Under the pieces are notes generated by a model. The model was not told where the DNA came from, did no database searches, and saw only the letters and a program-made list of their open reading frames with translations. Position numbers and translations under genes: made by a program. Source: a virus. Taken from it: a stretch of DNA of 64,000 nt. The DNA is taken from the IMG/VR virus record IMGVR_UViG_3300021364_003460, positions 126,866-190,865 of that record; one strand, 5' to 3'. Each line of letters begins with the position of its first letter. Within the stretch, counting starts at the first letter, position 1. This document shows, piece after piece, positions 58,889 through 64,000 of this stretch.

Positions 58889-60340
58889 TTATCCTGTATC
58901 ACCCCACTTAATAGTGAAAAGGTATGATACAGGATCTTTCTTATTTAGCTGGGTACTGTAGTTAACTTCTAGCCCCTTAACTCTAATCTTAAGCCTAGTA
59001 GAAGGAGTCTTAACTTTAAATCTTGTATCATACCTTTTCACTATTAAGTGGGGTGATACAGTTAACTCTTTATTAGGCTCTTCAACCTCAGAGCATTCAC
59101 TTACAGCAGCCTCTTCTAGAGGACTAACAGAAGTTAAGCCATTAAGAGTTAGTAAATCCTTATGTTTACTAATAGAGTTAATAGAAACCCCAGCTTCTTT
59201 AGCTAACAATCTATAAGTTACTTTTACTCCAGATTCTTTTAAGTTAACTAAAGCTTCAGCTATCTTAGCTCTAATCTCCTTTAACTTAATTAAATTCTTA
59301 TTCTCTTCTTCAGTCTTTTTAACATAAGTTTTCTGATTGAGTGAACCTAAAGGTCTATATTTCTTCCAAGCACACCTAGCCCACTCTGTACATCTCTTTA
59401 CTATTTCCTTTTGATGGTTACAAAATTGTTGATATCCAGGTAGAGTAGTAGCTGTTTCAATTACCATAGAAGCCAACTCTTCAACTGAACTAGCTTTAGT
59501 AAATATTCTATGTAATGCAGCTATATCTCCTAAAATATCATTAGTCTGGGATTTAGCAGTCCAACCTTCCTTTAATGTGGCTTGAAGGTTGTTATACCAA
59601 TTAGTTGACTTTTGACCTTTAGCTGTAAACCCACTTTTATTATTAAATTGATTATTACTTAACTTCCTGCTTTTAAACCAACTTCTAGCCTCTTCACTAT
59701 AAGATTCAAACAAGTCAGCATCATTTGAGTTAGCTGCTTCTTCCCAGTCTAATAAGAACCAATTTAGCTCATCTTTATTAGACTCAAATCCTGCTTGAAG
59801 AGGAAGTCTATGAGAGTTATATTTACTATTCCAACTTTTAGTATTAGGGAATATCTCTAGCTGTCCTTTAGCAATCTCAAATCCAGCAGTAGTCAAAGCT
59901 TGAGTCAGCACTACAGCCACAGTCCAAGTAGATATCTCTTTATTAAAAGGTATATACCCATGCCATCCTTCAGAACCAGAAGACTTATACCAATTAACTT
60001 GATTAATACCTACTTTAGTTAAAGCATCTTCAACTTTAATAATCTGATAATGAGGGTGATACTGAGAATCTACATCTATGTCTATAAGAGCATATTTAGT
60101 ATTTTTACCAAAAGTAACTCCTACAAACTTATTAGGATTCCTCCAATTGATAATTAACTCTTCATTTGTTAAATACTTTTGAGCAGTAATCCAGCTAACT
60201 CTTGTGCCATCTAAACTACCCACTCCTATGATAGGGTCATATCTATAAGGGAATAGCTCAGTAAACTTATCTTGTAAAGTAGGAGTGTAGATTTGCTTAA
60301 ATAGTTCTGTTAATTCTCTTTCCTGAAGTTGAATACTCAT
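58889..60340 (-). CDS. AEP-superfamily primase-like replication initiator, cyanobacterial plasmid type, with C-terminal HTH
   Basis: FPYRYD; G.TFG..TKYALIDID..S.YHP (DxD); SSGSEGWHGY; LEIFPN; RLPLQ; VTYRLLAKEAGVS. Confidence 0.75.
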   Translation of the reverse strand: MSIQLQERELTELFKQIYTPTLQDKFTELFPYRYDPIIGVGSLDGTRVSWITAQKYLTNEELIINWRNPNKFVGVTFGKNTKYALIDIDVDSQYHPHYQIIKVEDALTKVGINQVNWYKSSGSEGWHGYIPFNKEISTWTVAVVLTQALTTAGFEIAKGQLEIFPNTKSWNSKYNSHRLPLQAGFESNKDELNWFLLDWEEAANSNDADLFESYSEEARSWFKSRKLSNNQFNNKSGFTAKGQKSTNWYNNLQATLKEGWTAKSQTNDILGDIAALHRIFTKASSVEELASMVIETATTLPGYQQFCNHQKEIVKRCTEWARCAWKKYRPLGSLNQKTYVKKTEEENKNLIKLKEIRAKIAEALVNLKESGVKVTYRLLAKEAGVSINSISKHKDLLTLNGLTSVSPLEEAAVSECSEVEEPNKELTVSPHLIVKRYDTRFKVKTPSTRLKIRVKGLEVNYSTQLNKKDPVSYLFTIKWGDTG

Positions 60341-60389
60341 GTTATAATATCTCTAGTGTTATAATAGTTATAATTAGTTTATAGGCATA

Positions 60390-60413
60390 AGAGGAGAGGT
60401 AACAGTCTCCTCT
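60390..60413. terminator. Stem-loop between the 91-aa gene and Rep
   Basis: AGAGGAGA-GGTAACAG-TCTCCTCT. Confidence 0.5.
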
Positions 60414-60416
60414 ATT

Positions 60417-60692
60417 TTAATATCTAACTTTAGGTTTAGTGATGGCTTCATAAGGGGGCATACCATTTTCAATTCTCTTCATTACTGTAATGTATTTTAC
60501 TTCACAATTAAGTTTCTTCATAGCTTGAGGGATGGTATACTCAATTTCATCAATAACTATAGTTGTTCTTTTCTTAATTGGTTTAGCTTGTTCAAAAGCT
60601 TCCTCTTCACTTAAACCTCTATCTCTAAGTCTGTAGTAATTATCTAATGATTTACCTGCTTCTTTTACTCTCTTTACTGTAGACATATTCAT
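60417..60692 (-). CDS. Small DNA-binding-like protein resembling HNH-associated C-terminal repeats
   Basis: Two R...G....EA...(K)P units (RDRGLSEEEAF, KRIENGMPPYEAITKP). Confidence 0.55.
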   Translation of the reverse strand: MNMSTVKRVKEAGKSLDNYYRLRDRGLSEEEAFEQAKPIKKRTTIVIDEIEYTIPQAMKKLNCEVKYITVMKRIENGMPPYEAITKPKVRY

Positions 60693-60955
60693 AGTTATTC
60701 TTTTAGTTAAAATAATTATATATAACTATTATAGCAGAAAGTAAGCAACTATAAAATACTATATAAGCTTTAATTTTCAGATTTTATTACTGGCTATTTT
60801 TCAGATTGCTTAATTTAGTTTTCTATATGTTTAGTTGACTTTTAATTAGTGAAGTAGATATAGGAAGCTTTGTATTTAAGGTGTTTTATTATAGTTGGTT
60901 TTAACTACGTATCTTTAATATTTAGATTGCTGAGTTGAGTTAGCTTTATGTTAGA

Positions 60956-61915
60956 TTATACAATCTCTTCCCAATGTTTACCTCTAGCTATTCTTTTAAC
61001 ATAAGAATAGTCTATACCAAATTCTTTAGATAACTTTCTAAGACTGCCTCCATTCTTTTTAGTATCTCTAATTAACTTAACTTTTTCCTCTGTTAATATA
61101 GTTTTTCTCATGTTTCTACATTGCTGTTTAGGAGTAGCCCATCTAATATTTCCAGGTTCATAATTACCATCATTATTGATTCTATCTAAAGAATAAGGTT
61201 TTCCTGGAAATAAACCAATGGTACTTTTTAGGTAATTGTAAAAGTTTAAGAAATCTTCTTTCCAATCTTTAGACATAGTTATACCTCTTGCTCCATAATT
61301 ATGATAATTAGGATCTTTAGAGTTAAAGCATCTTATTTTTATACCTTTCCATATTTTCCATTCTGGAGTAGAACATAGCCCATGCTTAAATTGTTTACTT
61401 TTTGCTGCTTGTTTTTTTGTTAAACCTTTATGAGTGGGTATATTATTGTATTTAATAATTTTAGAAATTAACTTATAGTTTACCTTGTATTCTCTAGCTA
61501 ACTCAAAGATACTTATTTCATTTTTAAACTTTTCTATTATTTCTTCAACTTTACCTTGTACATTAATATGTTTAGGTAAGTTAATATTTAAATCAATATT
61601 ATTTTGAATACAGATATTTCTCAAAAACTTATCAGATATATTTAACTTTTTTGCTATCTCTTTAGAAGAGTAACATTGCTGTCTTAATTTAAATATTTGA
61701 GAAATATCTATATTAGTTTCTTTTTTTGTAGGAGGATTTCTTTTCTTTTTTGGAATGTTAAATTCTTTTAATAAAGCATTTACTCTATAGTCTGCTACCT
61801 TAAATTTACTAGATATTTCCGTTATACTTAACTTTGTATTCAAATATAAATCTAAAATTTCAGCTTTTTCATCTTCAGTAAATTCTTTTTTAGGTCTACC
61901 TTGTTTGTTAATCAT
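60956..61915 (-). CDS. Free-standing HNH homing-endonuclease-like protein with several HTH domains
   Basis: W..IK.RC.N.K...Y.NYG.RGI...W...F..F; SLDRINNDGNYEPGNIRWAT..QQ.RN; three N-terminal and one C-terminal HTH-like segments. Confidence 0.85.
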   Translation of the reverse strand: MINKQGRPKKEFTEDEKAEILDLYLNTKLSITEISSKFKVADYRVNALLKEFNIPKKKRNPPTKKETNIDISQIFKLRQQCYSSKEIAKKLNISDKFLRNICIQNNIDLNINLPKHINVQGKVEEIIEKFKNEISIFELAREYKVNYKLISKIIKYNNIPTHKGLTKKQAAKSKQFKHGLCSTPEWKIWKGIKIRCFNSKDPNYHNYGARGITMSKDWKEDFLNFYNYLKSTIGLFPGKPYSLDRINNDGNYEPGNIRWATPKQQCRNMRKTILTEEKVKLIRDTKKNGGSLRKLSKEFGIDYSYVKRIARGKHWEEIV

Positions 61916-62064
61916 AATACTTACCTTATTAATATACCTATATTTTAGCTTTCTTATAACTCAAAAACACTAAAAATTGCTGTATATTATGGGGATCTTT
62001 TACTTAATATATAGACTATAACCCCTCCCCCTGGTACTAGCTGATTCAAAATAACTATATGTCC

Positions 62065-62090
62065 GTTGGCAATTAAGCCAACCTTTTTTT
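62065..62090 (+). terminator. Intrinsic terminator-like hairpin with no upstream ORF
   Basis: GTTGGC-AATTAA-GCCAAC followed by a T7 run. Confidence 0.55.
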
Positions 62091-62136
62091 ATTTTCTTTT
62101 TGTGTTGTTAGGGTTAACAGCCCAAGGAGAAAAAAC

Positions 62137-62697
62137 ATGTCTACAGTAATATTTATTGTTTCCCAAAATCACATAAAACACTTTCTCTCCGAAAGGAAAA
62201 AAGGTGTTGTGGTCAAGGCTACCAATGTAGCCACCCAGGAGACTGGGTGGCTGTACATTGGCCATAATACCCATTGGAGGAACCATAAAAAATATCTGAA
62301 AGACAAGATAACATGGTCATTGTCATGTTATTGCTTAGAAAAAGAATTATCTCCTTTCTCAGGAGGTAATTCTTTTGAAATGGTAAAAACAACCTTTTTG
62401 CCTAATAATGGGTTACTAATAGCCCATAAAGTGAAAAGAAAATTACCTCAACCACCACCTATTACTCCTAACACAGACTCCTCTATTGAGGGTCTAGCAA
62501 ATCTGGAAGAAATTCCAGAAGAAGATAAAATAGGTTCTCCTATTGAAGATACATCTTTATTCCAGTCTTTAGACTGGACTAGAGTTAGACAATTAAATTA
62601 TGGATGTGTCAGAGGGAGATACTATTCAGAAAATAGATATTTTATACAAGGGAGTAATGGCGTTATAGAAGTCACCTCTTCCTTCTATAATAGATAA
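62137..62697 (+). CDS. Hypothetical early-type protein (186 aa)
   Basis: AAGGAG SD; terminator directly downstream. Confidence 0.75.
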   Translation: MSTVIFIVSQNHIKHFLSERKKGVVVKATNVATQETGWLYIGHNTHWRNHKKYLKDKITWSLSCYCLEKELSPFSGGNSFEMVKTTFLPNNGLLIAHKVKRKLPQPPPITPNTDSSIEGLANLEEIPEEDKIGSPIEDTSLFQSLDWTRVRQLNYGCVRGRYYSENRYFIQGSNGVIEVTSSFYNR

Positions 62698-62700
62698 AAG

Positions 62701-62729
62701 AAAAGGCAGCCTAACAAGCTGCCTTTTTT
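62701..62729 (+). terminator. Intrinsic terminator
   Basis: AAAAGGCAGC-CTAACAA-GCTGCCTTTT plus further T. Confidence 0.8.
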
Positions 62730-62771
62730 AATCTTCTGTTTATGTTTAGTTAACTCAACAGGAGAATTAAC

Positions 62772-63158
62772 ATGGTTATCACACCTTCTCAAGCTGCAAA
62801 TAAAGTCCTCAGTTTCTTGCAACATAATAAGTTAGAGATCCCAGACACTTGGTACTGGGATCATGATTTATTTCATGTCCTAGGAGAGTTTGATATCTCT
62901 CCTACAGGAGAGCTCTCTGTCTATTGCCTGATGGCAATGGCTAGTAATGAAGATTATTCCTATACTACTCTTGAAAGAGAGTGGGAGGTTAATAGAGAAT
63001 TATTTTTAATGCGGGATTATCCTGAATTTAATTTCTCTTTGTATGAAGAGATAGTTCAAAAATGTAGGAGTAAAATACCTATTATTGAAGAAATAATCCT
63101 TCAAGATAATTGGTATGATTCTTTTGTTGAAGCTTATAATAAGCTTGTTAATAAATAA
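62772..63158 (+). CDS. Hypothetical early-type protein (128 aa)
   Basis: AGGAG SD; terminator downstream. Confidence 0.75.
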   Translation: MVITPSQAANKVLSFLQHNKLEIPDTWYWDHDLFHVLGEFDISPTGELSVYCLMAMASNEDYSYTTLEREWEVNRELFLMRDYPEFNFSLYEEIVQKCRSKIPIIEEIILQDNWYDSFVEAYNKLVNK

Positions 63159-63165
63159 TTAAATT

Positions 63166-63193
63166 AGAGGAGGCTTAATGCTTCCTCTTTTTT
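63166..63193 (+). terminator. Intrinsic terminator
   Basis: AGAGGAGGC-TTAAT-GCTTCCTCT followed by a T-run; G-U pair fits the plus-strand RNA. Confidence 0.75.
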
Positions 63194-63222
63194 AATGTAG
63201 TCTATCATTACAGGAGGTTTAC

Positions 63223-63324
63223 ATGGAAGACTATGATGATTTGTTTACTAATGAGTTATCTTCTGAAGAGTTAGATAAACAAGTGTACATACTTGTGAAA
63301 GAAGAGTTCAATTCTCTTAGATAA
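63223..63324 (+). CDS. Small acidic protein (33 aa), absent from the ORF track
   Basis: AGGAGG SD 5 nt upstream; MEDYDDLFTNELSSEELDKQVYILVKEEFNSLR; terminator downstream. Confidence 0.65.
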   Translation: MEDYDDLFTNELSSEELDKQVYILVKEEFNSLR

Positions 63325-63335
63325 CTGTACAGTAT

Positions 63336-63361
63336 GGGAGACTAATAATCTCCCTATTTTT
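63336..63361 (+). terminator. Intrinsic terminator
   Basis: GGGAGA-CTAATAA-TCTCCC then TATTTTT. Confidence 0.7.
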
Positions 63362-63415
63362 AATTCTCTTGAACAGGCTGACTACAGCCATCTAATTGTT
63401 TAGGAGAAAAACATC

Positions 63416-63640
63416 ATGACCCGTGCACAAAGAGCTCAACAAATTTTTAATAAATATTCAAAAAAAGTTCAAATCTCTGTACGTAAACAGTTTGAATTAA
63501 GACTAGAGCTCAATAAGCCTGTAACAAAAGAATGTATAGAAGATTCTCTATTCTTTGCTTTTGTCTTCTATGATGAAAAATGGGAATTTTCTAAAGAAAA
63601 GTACCAACTATTAGAAGAACTGTTAACACTCTTCTTCTAA
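63416..63640 (+). CDS. Hypothetical early-type protein (74 aa)
   Basis: AGGAG SD. Confidence 0.7.
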   Translation: MTRAQRAQQIFNKYSKKVQISVRKQFELRLELNKPVTKECIEDSLFFAFVFYDEKWEFSKEKYQLLEELLTLFF

Positions 63641-63661
63641 ATTGTAAATTTAATAAACTAA

Positions 63662-63729
63662 ACTTACTCTATCTGGTGAAAGCAGGCGTACATTCCTGTG
63701 AAAGAAAGGTTCAATTCCTTTAGTAAGTT
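63662..63729 (+). ncRNA. tRNA-like element (intact acceptor and T arms, atypical D arm and anticodon loop)
   Basis: ACTTACT/AGTAAGT; AAAGG-TTCAATT-CCTTT; GCAGG-CGTACATT-CCTGT; 5-nt variable region. Confidence 0.55.
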
Positions 63730-63731
63730 AT

Positions 63732-63763
63732 TAAGAGGAGTCTATTAAGGCTCCCTTATTTTT
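63732..63763 (+). terminator. Intrinsic terminator after the tRNA-like element
   Basis: TAAG(A)GGAGTC-TATTAA-GGCTCCCTTA followed by a T-run. Confidence 0.65.
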
Positions 63764-63802
63764 CTTGTGCAAATTAGTTTACAGCACAAGGAGAACAATA
63801 TC

Positions 63803-64000
63803 ATGCCTAACCTGTATTATGCAGAAACCTCTATCAGTGGAAACATTGTTAGAATTTTTGTAGATACCTCTCATGAGGTGAGCTATACAATAAACCATAG
63901 CTTTGAAAAAGTGGAAAATTTAAATTGCAAAATAGCAGTTACTAAGTGGCTGCTAAAACAATTCAAACTTATCAAAGAACAATTTCTATACCTAAAAGCT
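63803..64000 (+). CDS. Hypothetical protein, 3'-truncated by the window edge
   Basis: AAGGAG SD at 63788-63793; frame open to the end (MPNLYYAETS...). Confidence 0.65.
   Translation, partial: MPNLYYAETSISGNIVRIFVDTSHEVSYTINHSFEKVENLNCKIAVTKWLLKQFKLIKEQFLYLKA

Noticed and set aside
60956-61915. Group I intron hosting the HNH gene
   Set aside because: No interrupted flanking gene or intron core elements seen
62089-62286. Minus-strand 65-aa ORF
   Set aside because: Overlaps the SD-supported plus-strand gene and its hairpins
63662-63729. Canonical tRNA with an assignable anticodon
   Set aside because: 8-nt loop without U33 and no proper D stem; reported as tRNA-like only
1-64000. CRISPR array, rRNA, IS element, integrase, terminase
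   Set aside because: No regularly spaced direct repeats or diagnostic motifs found by eye; terminase presumably lies outside the window

Overview
AT-rich (roughly 30% GC by eye, strongly CG-depleted) segment of a large contractile-tailed phage, most likely infecting a cyanobacterium (two HIP1 GCGATCGC sites; cyanobacterial-type amidase, Dps, flavin monooxygenase and plasmid-type Rep). About 1.36-42.5 kb is a minus-strand virion module. It contains a tail-chaperone pair with a -1 frameshift, a Mu-type portal, a multidomain prohead protease/scaffold, the major capsid protein, neck proteins, sheath, tube and hub. These are followed by a cluster with five peptidoglycan-active domains, baseplate genes, a tail fibre, a flavin monooxygenase and two VrlC/DUF4815-like paralogues. 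No terminase is recognisable in the window. Head-to-head with the chaperone lies a 3674-aa plus-strand ORF. It carries two PLD (HxK) half-sites, a two-barrel RNA polymerase catalytic signature (GDFDGD plus beta'-like flanking motifs) and a tape-measure-like hydrophobic C-terminus. This candidate PLD/virion-RNAP/tape-measure polyprotein is the most striking feature. The right end has PAAR, an RNA ligase, an AEP-type Rep with a nearby inverted repeat, a multi-HTH HNH endonuclease, and an early-type array of hairpin-delimited small genes that includes a tRNA-like element. All family assignments come from motif recognition by eye; no searches were run.
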